This document shows, piece after piece, positions 1 through 10,439 of a DNA stretch of 64,000 nt. The DNA is taken from the IMG/VR virus record IMGVR_UViG_3300028844_006632; one strand, given 5' to 3'. Positions within the stretch are counted from its first letter, which is position 1. Each line of letters opens with the position of its first letter. The notes under the pieces are model-generated. The model searched no databases. It was given only the letters and a program-made list of their open reading frames with translations, and was not told the DNA's origin. Source of the stretch: an uncultured virus (IMG/VR IMGVR_UViG_3300028844_006632). Its lineage: Duplodnaviria > Heunggongvirae > Uroviricota > Caudoviricetes. A program made the translations under genes and the position numbers.

Positions 1-1
1 T

Positions 2-301
2 GAAACTCTCAATAAAATTAGGAACTAATCGTCCTGCATCTTTTTGTACATGAGATAAAACCAAATCTTCAATATCAGAATCGTTGCTATTAAATAAAAT
101 GCTACCTGTACCAGGTTCAAGATATTTCATAGCCGCATTGAAAGCACCGAACGCAGGAAACTTTGTAAATAAATTTCCTGATTTGGTTCTAACGATTACC
201 GACTTAATAGAGTTTTTGTAATTAATTAACTCAATTCTGTCAATTTTGGAGTCGGCACTACCACCCCAAATCATACAAGTGCTTGCTTCAATTTTTGCCA
301 T
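2..301 (-). CDS. 5' part of a gene running off the window; member of the shared-module putative virion protein family
   Basis: Not in the ORF track because it has no stop in the window. Manual translation from ATG at 301: MAKIEASTCMIWGGSADSKIDRIELINYKNSIKSVIV...YLEPGTG...KDAGRLVPNFIESF. The D-x-GRL-x-P-x-Y/F-x-E signature matches the N-termini of 34871..44449, 44454..46277 and 54354..63962. Confidence 0.8.
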   Translation of the reverse strand, partial: MAKIEASTCMIWGGSADSKIDRIELINYKNSIKSVIVRTKSGNLFTKFPAFGAFNAAMKYLEPGTGSILFNSNDSDIEDLVLSHVQKDAGRLVPNFIESF

Positions 302-304
302 CTT

Positions 305-787
305 TTATCCCGTAATTGTTGTGTCAATTCTTCCCATATCGACACCATCTGCACTTGGAATAAACCCTGGAATATCAACTTCCACATTGTTATTGTTAAT
401 AATAACATACATTCTTCCACACGCAAGAATAGCATCACCATCTACATTTTTAGTAAAAACAATTGAAGACCTATTAGGAGTATTTGCTTTATCACCAAGA
501 ATAGCAAGATTTCCCCAAAACGCATTTTCTTCTTTTTCAAGTGACCAAATTTGCGGAGCACCTGCAGCTGTATAACCAAATATAACGATTCCCTTAAGAT
601 CATCCTCATCGTATTCGTCACGAATAGATCCACCTTTAACAAACTCTTTTACTTTCTGATCACCAGAGTCTTTCATGATATACGTTCCGATTTGCTCGGT
701 AAGATTAAATGGATTGCATCCGTCTCCTCCAGCTTCATTGGTTGTTCCAAACCACCCGATTGAATATTTTGTTGTAATAATTGCCAT
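305..787 (-). CDS. Stand-alone GW(Y/F)G...CG-x2-Y module protein (putative virion or adaptor protein)
   Basis: 160 aa with IGWFG...CNPFNL...LACGRMYVII...VDIPGF...DMGRI. Upstream are a TGAGGA SD-like site and TACTTATA. Confidence 0.8.
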   Translation of the reverse strand: MAIITTKYSIGWFGTTNEAGGDGCNPFNLTEQIGTYIMKDSGDQKVKEFVKGGSIRDEYDEDDLKGIVIFGYTAAGAPQIWSLEKEENAFWGNLAILGDKANTPNRSSIVFTKNVDGDAILACGRMYVIINNNNVEVDIPGFIPSADGVDMGRIDTTITG

Positions 788-820
788 ATCTAAGTCCTCA
801 TAGTATAAGTATTATAATAT

Positions 821-3800
821 TTATGTTTTAATCCAATCAAATTTCCAACTTTTTTTGAATTCATACATAATATCTTCGGTTGTTAATATTTTTTCATATA
901 ATTTTACATCATCTATATAACCATAAAATGGATTTTTTGTACGACTCAATCCACCAATCGTAAATACATTATTATCAAACTCAAGTTCTATTTCTGTTAA
1001 TTTCTTTTTTTCTACTGCATTAACATAAAAAGTAAAAGTTTTGGATTCAACATCATAAGTAATTGTTAACATATTCCAAATATTTTTTTCTGTGATTAAT
1101 GCAATTTCGTTTGGTTTAGTGTTTGAACTCGTACCGATTCTTAAATCACCATTTGAAAATAACATAAATCCTTTTTCTGACACCAAATTCTCAGAATCAT
1201 ACATAGACAATAATACCGATTCTCCATCGTAAAAATCTTCTACGAGATACCACACATTTATTGTAAATGATTTATTTTCTAAATTTAATGAAACATTACA
1301 ATGTGAATCTCTGCCAAATAAATAAGTTGCATCTCCTTCGGACGGACTTAAAAATGTCGACTGAAGAGGATTTCCCACAAATTCACAATTTAAATGATTA
1401 TAGTTTCCTGAATTATCAAACACCACAAATGTTTCCGTTGCATTTTCATTTTTTCTATATGAATAAATTTCGTTAAATCTATACCATGCTACCATTTTAA
1501 AATAATCATCGTATTTTTCATGATTAAAACGATTTTCATCATAAAACTTTAACTCGGATGTGGTGACATTATTTAATATAAAAATTTCTGCAAATCTTAG
1601 TTTATCATCAACTGCTTCTGTAAACTCTGAATGTACAATTAGTGTATCACGCACAGGAATAATATTATATCCAAAATTTGTTTGATTATTGCTTTCCTTG
1701 AATAATCTGCTTACAAATACAAACTTGTTTAGTTCCTCTGAAAATTTATACCAATATACGATTCCTTGTTTTGTATTTGTTTCGTCTGTGTAAATACAAG
1801 AGATATACAAATTATTTGTTCCATCAGAAACTACTTTAGTTCCAAAGTTTCTAAGATTTAAAAACTCACTTCCAAACTCATCATAAGGTGGGGTTATTGT
1901 ATATGGTTCTCCGAGTGTAGTGTTTGATTCATCAAGTTCATATAATTTCATATACCCAATGCTTGCGTTTACACGTCCGATTGATCTAAATCTATCATCT
2001 ATATCCGAAATATTTTGTCCAGAGTAAATCAAGCAAACATATTTTTTTCCACCTGGTCCTTGTATAAAACTCAATTTATTAAAACTTAAATCTGTGAATG
2101 CAATTAAACCTCCCAAATAATCAAAAGTGTTATTTTTGTTTATTCTTCCGAAGTGAACTGTTCCACCGTTTGCCAAAAATACCACAATATCATTAATAAC
2201 TTTTAAATGAGTAATAGAGTTTATTCCGTTTGCTATCTCTGATGTAATTGATATTGGATTTTCGATATCGGTAACATTGTAAATTGCGAGTGTTGCATTT
2301 TTTCTTACTACACAAAAATATTTTCTATCTTCAATTCTTGATATAATTGGTCTAACATTTATATTGCTAGATATTGTTAATTGAGTGGTGTTGTTTGTGG
2401 TATTGTTTAAATTGTGTGCTATAATTAAATCTTCGGATGTTCTTACGAAAAGTAAATCTCCGTCATAGCAAAAATCATTGTAACTTAAATCTAAACGATA
2501 GTCATCGTTTAATAATTTTGTATCAAAAAATTTCCATTTATCCTTTACATAACGATATTGATAGAATGTGGAATATGTAATATCTTGAATAGTGTCGGTT
2601 CTTTTTTCAAGTGCAATTAGTTTTTGTTCATCGTAAGAAAGTTCAAATTCATATGCAGTAGGTTTATATTGCCTTGGTCTTTCAATAAAACCATCACGAC
2701 TAGCATCGTTTTCCATATAAACATTTGGATTATATTCAAATTTTTCAGGAGTTGAATAAACAATTCTATTTGAATGATGATCCTGTTTTTGTCTTATTTT
2801 ATTCACATCATCTGTCGAAAGAACACCTTCGTAGATACGAATATCAGATATTTGACCATTAAATTTTTCAAATTCGTTGACATCAGAAAAGTATCCTCCA
2901 ATTATCAACGGAAAGTTACCACGTCCTATATTTGTAAAATTATCATTAACTTCGGCAGATAAAAACTCATTTAAATAACTCGTCATTGTTTGTGTAACAG
3001 GACTATATGTTACAAACAAATCGTTCCATTCGTTTATTTTAACATTTCCCCATTGAAGAGTAGACCTCTGTCCATTCTGAATTTGATCAGTGTAAAGTAA
3101 AATTGCTGAATCAGCAGATACAACCTGTCCTTTCTGCGACCATTTTGATAGTAATACCTCCGACAATGAAGACTTTGGTTTAAACCGAATATAAATTGAA
3201 AAACCAACTAAATTATTTAATATCGTTGTATTTCCGATAGAGTCGTCTATTTGAATGTATTTTCTACCAGATCCACTAAAGTCAAATGTTTTGTTACCTT
3301 CGTCATCTCCGATGCTAGGTGGAGATGACATTTTGATTGTTTTTCTTTGCATCGGTTCATCTATAACATCTTGAGATACTCGGAAATCAGGTGAGTAACG
3401 ACTTACAAGTTTTCCTACTCCTTCGTTTAAATTTGGTGCAATCTCATTTTCAATTACTGATAATACACAATCATCTGAAACCGATGCTTCGTATTTTAAT
3501 TTCAACTTTGATAATTCTATTTGCTCGTGTTCATCGGGTTCAAGTTCTTCAAACATTTTTTGAAGTGGATGAATACAAGAATTTAAATGTGTATTGATGT
3601 TTGATAGCATTTCAAGTCGGTTTAATTCAACTATTGTTTGATTGTCCAGTTTTGGATTGAATTTATTCCAAGGTGTACTTGGACTATTTAATTCTAAATT
3701 TTTAATTTTTAAAAAACTAGGATCTTTTTTAAAAGAAATTTCTTCAATATATTGCTCATCTAGTGTTCGTGGTGAACGAGTATAATAATATAAGTCACAA

Positions 3801-4465
3801 ATTTTTTCAAAATATGCACCTGTTATTTTTCTTACCATATAACGAGAATTTACTTGGCATGGCTTTCTATCGATATCGTCTCGTTCTACTCCAACAGATA
3901 TTGCATATTCTGAGTTTGAAGTGTTGGATGCAAAAATACCATTTGGAATATTAGTTTGACCTGTCAAACCCTTTGTATAATTTTCAAGTGAATTGGCAAG
4001 ACGAAATCTACCACTTAAATAAAAAATAAACCATCCGTTTTCTGTATTTTTATATACAGGTTTATTTTCTCGGAACATATCTGTTAGTTTATACGTTCCA
4101 ACAACCTCTGAATATTTTTCAGTTGCACGTACTATTTTAAATTCTTCAAATTCACTTGAAGGTACTTTAAGTAATCGTTCATGGATTTTTTTATTATCAA
4201 TAAATCCACGATTAAATCCACTTGGATCATATGGAATTCCATCAGTGGAATATAAAATTACACCAGCACCGCAATTTAAATCAAGATCGTCTTCTTCAGA
4301 ATTTTTTAAAATAAATTTGTTGGTTTCACCTGAAATGGTGAATATTCTATTTATTTTATCTAGATTATAATTTAATGAGTAGGCATCACAAAAGTCACCA
4401 GATTCTTTTGTATAACTTCCGTACCATCCTATTGCATGAGATAAATTACCTTCATGTTCACTCAT
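821..4465 (-). CDS. Large putative virion or adhesin protein: shared N-terminal module, two LamG/concanavalin-like domains and a probable beta-propeller region
   Basis: 1214 aa. N-terminal GWYGSY...CDAYSL...LNCGAG. LamG-type ends FNGQISDIRIYEGVLSTDDV and FYGYIDDVKLYEKILTTEDI. Confidence 0.75.
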   Translation of the reverse strand: MSEHEGNLSHAIGWYGSYTKESGDFCDAYSLNYNLDKINRIFTISGETNKFILKNSEEDDLDLNCGAGVILYSTDGIPYDPSGFNRGFIDNKKIHERLLKVPSSEFEEFKIVRATEKYSEVVGTYKLTDMFRENKPVYKNTENGWFIFYLSGRFRLANSLENYTKGLTGQTNIPNGIFASNTSNSEYAISVGVERDDIDRKPCQVNSRYMVRKITGAYFEKICDLYYYTRSPRTLDEQYIEEISFKKDPSFLKIKNLELNSPSTPWNKFNPKLDNQTIVELNRLEMLSNINTHLNSCIHPLQKMFEELEPDEHEQIELSKLKLKYEASVSDDCVLSVIENEIAPNLNEGVGKLVSRYSPDFRVSQDVIDEPMQRKTIKMSSPPSIGDDEGNKTFDFSGSGRKYIQIDDSIGNTTILNNLVGFSIYIRFKPKSSLSEVLLSKWSQKGQVVSADSAILLYTDQIQNGQRSTLQWGNVKINEWNDLFVTYSPVTQTMTSYLNEFLSAEVNDNFTNIGRGNFPLIIGGYFSDVNEFEKFNGQISDIRIYEGVLSTDDVNKIRQKQDHHSNRIVYSTPEKFEYNPNVYMENDASRDGFIERPRQYKPTAYEFELSYDEQKLIALEKRTDTIQDITYSTFYQYRYVKDKWKFFDTKLLNDDYRLDLSYNDFCYDGDLLFVRTSEDLIIAHNLNNTTNNTTQLTISSNINVRPIISRIEDRKYFCVVRKNATLAIYNVTDIENPISITSEIANGINSITHLKVINDIVVFLANGGTVHFGRINKNNTFDYLGGLIAFTDLSFNKLSFIQGPGGKKYVCLIYSGQNISDIDDRFRSIGRVNASIGYMKLYELDESNTTLGEPYTITPPYDEFGSEFLNLRNFGTKVVSDGTNNLYISCIYTDETNTKQGIVYWYKFSEELNKFVFVSRLFKESNNQTNFGYNIIPVRDTLIVHSEFTEAVDDKLRFAEIFILNNVTTSELKFYDENRFNHEKYDDYFKMVAWYRFNEIYSYRKNENATETFVVFDNSGNYNHLNCEFVGNPLQSTFLSPSEGDATYLFGRDSHCNVSLNLENKSFTINVWYLVEDFYDGESVLLSMYDSENLVSEKGFMLFSNGDLRIGTSSNTKPNEIALITEKNIWNMLTITYDVESKTFTFYVNAVEKKKLTEIELEFDNNVFTIGGLSRTKNPFYGYIDDVKLYEKILTTEDIMYEFKKSWKFDWIKT

Positions 4466-4478
4466 TTCATATTTAATC

Positions 4479-6293
4479 TTAAATTAGTTCTTTGCCTTGT
4501 AAAGCCCCTTCGGACATTTCCAATTCTACACACGGAGAAGATTTTAAAGCATCATCTGGATCTTTTCTGTTTGCATCGTATACAAAGCATCTAATATTAC
4601 TTGCAGATATACCTGAACTTGTTGCTCCAATTGTCATTAATAAAGAACCCTGTGCTACATCACCTACAGCCTCACTTGGATATACCATTCCTGGATTAAA
4701 AGTACCACTTGATGCCTCGGTTGAACTAAATACTAAAGCAAAATTGACAAGAAAAACACCACCATCAGTTATTGCCTGTTCCACCCATTCAGCAACTACC
4801 TTTCCTGTTACATCGGTACTTTCGGTGTCAATATCTACATCTACGAACTCATTGTTTGTATATTTACCAAGTGAAAAGTTGCCAATTGCAACTTGTCCAC
4901 TTTCTGGTTTAGTGAATCTTAAACGATATTGTCCTTCACTTAAAGTTTCAGGTGCAAAGCAAACCTCTTCTGTTACAATAGTTGATATTGTAATATCCTT
5001 GGAACTAGTCGATCCGGAATTTCCTTCTGCATCTTTTGCGTAGATAGTAACCGTGTAATCACCATCAGCATTTTCCGCAAATGTATGTGTAAGTTCGTCT
5101 TTGGTCTTCGCAACTTCTTCAGTATCTCCTAGTTTTATGTGATACGACTCTGCATCAGAAATTGCCTCCCAAGAACAAACTATATTACTACCATTGGCAG
5201 TAAGAGTTAAATTTGGAGCAGATGGACCTGTTGTATCAATTGTAATAGAACTCGTAGATGCCGAGTCAGAACCATATTTTCCGTCTGAGTTTTTTACTCT
5301 GATTTTTGCGGAGTAACTCCCGTCATCCAGATTCGTAAATGTGTATGAAGTTGCATCTTCGTTATTAATAGTTTGCGTGGTATCACCATTCGGTCCAGTT
5401 AAAACGATTTCGTATAGTGATGCATTTTCTACCGCAGTCCATGTACATTCTATTTGATTTGAATTTACTAACTTTGTTGCAAAATCAGTAGGAGCATCTA
5501 GTATAGGTACTTCAGGCATATCTTCCTCAACTACATCTTTATCAATTTCTGTTAATGCTATTATGTTTCCAGCACTTGTTCCTTCGTAGCACTTTCCAAC
5601 GAGGGGTGCTACATCAGAAGCATTAATTTCTAATCTTGCATATACATCATCTGCTATACTTGCAGTCACTTTTAAAAAGTCTGCTCCTTCTATTGTAAAT
5701 GTTACCTGAACTGTTAGATTATTACTTCCGTTTGCTTCAAATGTTTTTCCATTTTCCAAACCAATTTTGAATAGTGATGTAGTAAGATTACCATCAATTC
5801 CATAACTCTCCGGATCATTCACAATTGTAGGTGTGTCGTCTGTACCACTTTTGCTATAAATTTTGTATTCATCCACAGGTAAACACTCGGTGGATTCAAC
5901 TTCATCAATTGGAGTTGGAGTTGGTGTTTGATTATTTGGAGTAATAATTAATGCGTCATCGTCGATAGAAATAGTTCCTGTATCACCTCCGTCTGCAACA
6001 AGTGCTTCTTCAATATCAATTGATTTACCATCCTTAAGAATAACGATATACAGGTGACCACACTCAAGTTTTGTAAATGATTGAGTTTTGCTTTCTTCAA
6101 ATCCTTCTGATGTCCAAACTTGCCATGCAGATGATTTATCCGCCGCAGATTGTACTCTGTAAACTTCTTCTATTTCGTTGCTCGGACCAACTCCTTCAAT
6201 CATTTCCTCTAAATTGAATGGTTCACAATCACCTGCTACTTTTAAATTACCACGACCAAACCAAATTATATTTATTTTATTATCAAGTATCAT
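4479..6293 (-). CDS. Putative virion protein: shared module plus two fibronectin type III-like domains
   Basis: 604 aa. IWFG...CEPFNL...LECGHLYIVILKDG. FN3-like LDAPT...CTWTAVENASLYEI...YTFTNLDDGSY and CSWEAISDAESY. Confidence 0.75.
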   Translation of the reverse strand: MILDNKINIIWFGRGNLKVAGDCEPFNLEEMIEGVGPSNEIEEVYRVQSAADKSSAWQVWTSEGFEESKTQSFTKLECGHLYIVILKDGKSIDIEEALVADGGDTGTISIDDDALIITPNNQTPTPTPIDEVESTECLPVDEYKIYSKSGTDDTPTIVNDPESYGIDGNLTTSLFKIGLENGKTFEANGSNNLTVQVTFTIEGADFLKVTASIADDVYARLEINASDVAPLVGKCYEGTSAGNIIALTEIDKDVVEEDMPEVPILDAPTDFATKLVNSNQIECTWTAVENASLYEIVLTGPNGDTTQTINNEDATSYTFTNLDDGSYSAKIRVKNSDGKYGSDSASTSSITIDTTGPSAPNLTLTANGSNIVCSWEAISDAESYHIKLGDTEEVAKTKDELTHTFAENADGDYTVTIYAKDAEGNSGSTSSKDITISTIVTEEVCFAPETLSEGQYRLRFTKPESGQVAIGNFSLGKYTNNEFVDVDIDTESTDVTGKVVAEWVEQAITDGGVFLVNFALVFSSTEASSGTFNPGMVYPSEAVGDVAQGSLLMTIGATSSGISASNIRCFVYDANRKDPDDALKSSPCVELEMSEGALQGKELI

Positions 6294-6306
6294 TTTTATA
6301 TCTCCA

Positions 6307-7029
6307 TTATGTATTGAGTTCTAATACACACTTACGGTTACCACCTTCCAAAAGAATTGTTCCTGCATAACATCCTGAATCACTACTAAAATATATACGA
6401 TTTCCTTGGTAGTATCCACCATTGTATATAATCGTTGAGAACCATGTTTCTGTATTTGTTGTTCCTATGTAAACCTCTACTCTTACAGGTAAATATCCCG
6501 CATTTGGATCTCTCGGTGGTACGTTAAATACTCCACCAAATCTTCCTTTTGCGTGTTGAATTGAAATATTATTTTTTAGTACAAATTCACCTTCACTTAC
6601 AATGATTGTTTCGTAGTTATCTTCTGTACATTTTATTTCAGCAACCTCTTCACAACTTGCAGATACAAACGAATCTCCAGATGGAACATTAAAGTTTTCA
6701 ATTTCCCATTCTCCTAGAATATTTCTTTGTGTATTGGTGCTTACTAGGTATCCACGACCACATTCCATTTTATCAAAGTTATGATTAAAATAATCATCGA
6801 GTGTAGTGTTATTAGCAATATTGCTTTCCCACGTAAAAGTTCCTGCTCCTTTGTCATAGCAAGTATACTTTTCGTATCCTGTAGCATCACCTACGGTTTT
6901 TGTTCTTACAACCGATTCAAGATTTTCACGATTATCACCTAATGTTGTAAGATATAAATCGGTACATGGATTAGTTGTACTACAACTTCCGTACCATCCG
7001 TATTCTTTACTATACTTAAGTTTTCCCAT
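6307..7029 (-). CDS. Shared-module protein with a C-terminal G-x-CY-x-G type domain
   Basis: 240 aa with YGWYGSC...CTDLYL...MECGRGYLV and YFSSDSGCYAGTI. Confidence 0.75.
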   Translation of the reverse strand: MGKLKYSKEYGWYGSCSTTNPCTDLYLTTLGDNRENLESVVRTKTVGDATGYEKYTCYDKGAGTFTWESNIANNTTLDDYFNHNFDKMECGRGYLVSTNTQRNILGEWEIENFNVPSGDSFVSASCEEVAEIKCTEDNYETIIVSEGEFVLKNNISIQHAKGRFGGVFNVPPRDPNAGYLPVRVEVYIGTTNTETWFSTIIYNGGYYQGNRIYFSSDSGCYAGTILLEGGNRKCVLELNT

Positions 7030-7033
7030 TGAC

Positions 7034-8239
7034 CTATTCTCCTAAAATACACTCTGTTCCGTTTATAACACCAAACATACATTTACCGATAAATGGTCCT
7101 GTTCTTGCAAAGAAATAAACATATGGATTTGCTGGTAAACTTCCTTTATATGTAATTTGTCCAATTGCTTGACTTGGAGATGTGTAGTATTTTAATAAAA
7201 TTGTTGAATCTTCAGTTATACCCGATGTATTTGCAGGTGGTATTTTTAGGTCTCCATCGTTTAAGAATCCTTCAGGAATAATAATTCCATCGTCAATTTT
7301 TGCAAAACTAGGTCCAACTTCAAATGCTTCAAATACAAGTGGATTATCTGAATCAGGATCACTATATGTACACAACGTAGATGAAGACCACTCTTGTTTC
7401 ATTATCAATGTAGTTTCATTTGCGTTTTGTACTACATCACTCAATACTGCTTTATAGCAAGTACCATTTTCATATAAAAGAACTTCTGTTGCAGTATCAG
7501 GTAATGTTTGAAGTGTTAAATATCCGAGTAATCTTTCGTTTCCTGATGTACCTACTTTTAAATTTACACTGATTGGTCCTGCATCGTTTGAATCGGTTGC
7601 TCCGAATTTTAAATCATCTAAATTCAAAGAAATATACGCATTTGCATCACGAGAGTCACCAAAGTTCCACATAAACGAAAATAAAACATTACATCCCAAT
7701 TGACCCTCGGATTGGTTACACAATACATTTTTTCCACCTTCTGCTATTGCATATACATCTACACGGTTTACAACTTCTTCACCTTCTTTTTCAGAACTAA
7801 TTACATCAGGTTCTGCATCACGATAGTAAAATGAAGTATAACCTTCGGGTACACAAGTAAGACCAATGTCACCGAGTGCCGAACAGGTAGTTGAAATTCC
7901 ATATTTTTGAGCAATCGATACAGCATTTGATGGATACATATTCTCCATATCAATCGAACCATTCTTCTTTAGTGTAATTGCATACATATAACCACACTTA
8001 AAACGATCAAGTTGTCCTATTCCTGGTCCTGTGTTTGAACCATATTTTCCATCAGGACGAAACGTTTTTAATATACCATCTTCGTATGTTGAAATTTCGA
8101 TGACATTTTGGTTAATATCATACAATTTAGTTCCCCATTCATCGAAGATTTCGTCATCACACAAATCGGATTCACAAGTTCCATACCAAACATATTGGTG
8201 AACCTGAGTTAATTTATTCGGTGTTGTAGTAGTGGCCAT
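7034..8239 (-). CDS. Shared-module protein with two G-x-CY-x-G type domains; probable first gene of the 8239-to-<1 operon
   Basis: 401 aa with YVWYGTC...FKCGYMYAITLKKNG, ENGTCYKAVL and GKCMFG. TATTTAT motif upstream. Confidence 0.75.
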   Translation of the reverse strand: MATTTTPNKLTQVHQYVWYGTCESDLCDDEIFDEWGTKLYDINQNVIEISTYEDGILKTFRPDGKYGSNTGPGIGQLDRFKCGYMYAITLKKNGSIDMENMYPSNAVSIAQKYGISTTCSALGDIGLTCVPEGYTSFYYRDAEPDVISSEKEGEEVVNRVDVYAIAEGGKNVLCNQSEGQLGCNVLFSFMWNFGDSRDANAYISLNLDDLKFGATDSNDAGPISVNLKVGTSGNERLLGYLTLQTLPDTATEVLLYENGTCYKAVLSDVVQNANETTLIMKQEWSSSTLCTYSDPDSDNPLVFEAFEVGPSFAKIDDGIIIPEGFLNDGDLKIPPANTSGITEDSTILLKYYTSPSQAIGQITYKGSLPANPYVYFFARTGPFIGKCMFGVINGTECILGE

Positions 8240-8278
8240 TTACTAAATAAATATGTAAAATATTTGTTTTATATTCAC

Positions 8279-8587
8279 TTATTGAAAAGTATTTAATCTA
8301 CTTATAATAAAATTTAAATTTTCAACACGAAGATGTTTTATTTTTATTGTTGCATAGTTTTCGGATGAAATAATAACTCCTACTTCTTCACCATCACGAA
8401 TTATCTGCTGAATATAATCATATGCACCGAACTTTTTTAACCAATACCAATATAAATCTTTCATGTCCTGCTCACACGCAAGTAAAACTTGCATCTTTAA
8501 GAACATTGTTGAATATAAAGTAATATCACGAAAAACAGAAATCTCCGATGGTGGTTCTGTTAAATCCGCATCTATTATTAAATTCAT
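8279..8587 (-). CDS. Hypothetical protein (possible degenerate HAD-like N-terminus)
   Basis: 102-aa ORF fitting the gene tiling; begins LIIDADL. Confidence 0.55.
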   Translation of the reverse strand: MNLIIDADLTEPPSEISVFRDITLYSTMFLKMQVLLACEQDMKDLYWYWLKKFGAYDYIQQIIRDGEEVGVIISSENYATIKIKHLRVENLNFIISRLNTFQ

Positions 8588-8598
8588 ATTATATTGTG

Positions 8599-8982
8599 TT
8601 ATTCTTTATCGTCTTCTTCGTCAGGTGCATCTCCGAGTTCTAATCCAAGTTTTTTAATTACATAATTGAGAATATATGCCCAATCAGCAGGATCTTGCGT
8701 TTTCTTCATAATGAACTCAATAAGTGCATATCCAATGCGATTAAGTTCAGGATTATCCTCACCACCTTCTTGATTTTTAATAATGAATCCAGGTATATCT
8801 TTATCTTTCTTTTTTAAAAGTTTTGATACATTCTTGAGTTCAGAAATATCGTCCGAAGAATTTGCTATTTTTCCATATGTTTCCATAAACGACTCCAACG
8901 AAGTAACATTCACTATATCAAACTCCACCAGTATTCCGTATTTCTGTAACAAATGAACCGAGTTATCGTTATCATTATTCAT
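8599..8982 (-). CDS. Hypothetical protein
   Basis: 127 aa; TACTTATA motif 5 nt upstream of ATG. Confidence 0.65.
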   Translation of the reverse strand: MNNDNDNSVHLLQKYGILVEFDIVNVTSLESFMETYGKIANSSDDISELKNVSKLLKKKDKDIPGFIIKNQEGGEDNPELNRIGYALIEFIMKKTQDPADWAYILNYVIKKLGLELGDAPDEEDDKE

Positions 8983-8999
8983 ACAAATATAAGTATCTT

Positions 9000-9875
9000 C
9001 TATTTTCTTTTTTTAGATGAAACTATACTTTGTTTTAATGTTCTTTTAAGTGCTACTCTTTTTTTATTTTCTATATCTATATCTTGATTTTCCGACAAAA
9101 AATGTATTATACTTTTCATAACACCAAACATCATTTCTACATCTGCCATTGAGGTATGCCATTCATAGCAATCTATATCAAAAGCATTTGCAAGATCACC
9201 CAAACGTGAACTAACATGAATTCTTTTTTTATTTCTACGTGATAATGTTTCTCGTAATTTATTTGCAGTATCCTCACTAGATGATTCAATCGCAGGAACA
9301 AAAAAGAATTGAGATAATCTTAGTGTATCAAAAGTTTCACAATCGTTAACTTTCATTTCATATAACGAACTACGAACTCGTAAATAATGTAAATCAAAAT
9401 CAATATTATGTGCTACCAATACAGGATTTTCCTGATTGTCGATGAATTCTAAAAATTGTTTTAGTGCTTCTTTTTCGGTTTTTTCTTGTGCGGAAATTTT
9501 AAAATATTTTGTTAACTCAAGTATCTCAGTTGGATTTTGTATTGCGGTTTTTCCACGTCTCTGTTGTCTTCGTTTCCAGTTGATTCGTTGAACACAATAA
9601 TCATCGTTTATAAATTCAAGAGTAGAATCAAGTAAACTTATTTTATAGTTAAGTTTATCAATTTGCTTCATTGTATCTCCACTTATAGAAATCGCAGATA
9701 ATTCAATTATTTGTTCATACTCAAATTTTGGATTAAATCCAAGAGTTTCTATATCAAATAATATTAGTGTTTTATTTTTAAAATCTAAATGATTATTTAA
9801 TAACTCTTTTATGGTGATATTGAAAAGTTTTTTCTTTTCGGGTATCAATTCTGAAAAGTTTGATTGCAGAGGCAT
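9000..9875 (-). CDS. DEDDh 3'-5' exonuclease (DnaQ-like)
   Basis: ExoI FDIETLG, ExoII VAHNIDFD, ExoIII WHTSMADVE. Confidence 0.85.
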   Translation of the reverse strand: MPLQSNFSELIPEKKKLFNITIKELLNNHLDFKNKTLILFDIETLGFNPKFEYEQIIELSAISISGDTMKQIDKLNYKISLLDSTLEFINDDYCVQRINWKRRQQRRGKTAIQNPTEILELTKYFKISAQEKTEKEALKQFLEFIDNQENPVLVAHNIDFDLHYLRVRSSLYEMKVNDCETFDTLRLSQFFFVPAIESSSEDTANKLRETLSRRNKKRIHVSSRLGDLANAFDIDCYEWHTSMADVEMMFGVMKSIIHFLSENQDIDIENKKRVALKRTLKQSIVSSKKRK

Positions 9876-9878
9876 ATA

Positions 9879-9886
9879 TATAAATA
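9879..9886 (-). promoter_or_regulatory. Representative copy of the recurring TA(T/C)TTAT(A) upstream motif (putative phage late promoter)
   Basis: 3 nt before ATG at 9875. Other copies: 804, 8246, 8988, 11883, 13803, 22782, 27180, 34344, 34845, 46283, 48008, 48565, 49639, 63967. Confidence 0.7.
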
Positions 9887-9920
9887 GATGACAATTAAAA
9901 AAACTTAGCGGAGTAAAATT

Positions 9921-10439
9921 ATGCGTGGAGGCGGAAGTAAATACAATGATTCTGAATTAAGAAAACGAATCTCAAAAGTTGAAGAAGCAATCAAATTAGC
10001 TAAATCATTCGATACATATCTTACCAAACAAACCGATAAAGAGTGGTCGTATGAACCGCAAATGCCATTTTATATAAAACGCAAAAATGAAAGATTTGAA
10101 TATCTATTTTTAAGTTTAATGGTTACCAGCAAGGGTAATGAAAATGTAATGAATTCACTTGGAGATGCAGGATGGTTTACAAACGCAATGAGCATTGTAG
10201 ATGAAGATTCTGGTACTGCATCTTTTATTTTCAAACTACATTTAATGGGTGCAAGATACGGAACTTATGCAGTTAATCCTTGTAAATTTAAATACAAGTG
10301 CTTTTCGTATGAACTAGCACAAGCATGGAAACTTGAAGGTATTATCAACGATTTAAATAAACAAGGATACGACTTTCTTCAAACGGCTGCTTGGAACAAA
10401 ACACATTCGTTTTGTTTCTTAATGAAAACCATCTACTGA
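9921..10439 (+). CDS. Hypothetical protein; the only credible plus-strand gene
   Basis: 172 aa filling the gap between two minus-strand genes. GGAG SD upstream; convergent 7-bp overlap with the CCA enzyme gene. Confidence 0.65.
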   Translation: MRGGGSKYNDSELRKRISKVEEAIKLAKSFDTYLTKQTDKEWSYEPQMPFYIKRKNERFEYLFLSLMVTSKGNENVMNSLGDAGWFTNAMSIVDEDSGTASFIFKLHLMGARYGTYAVNPCKFKYKCFSYELAQAWKLEGIINDLNKQGYDFLQTAAWNKTHSFCFLMKTIY

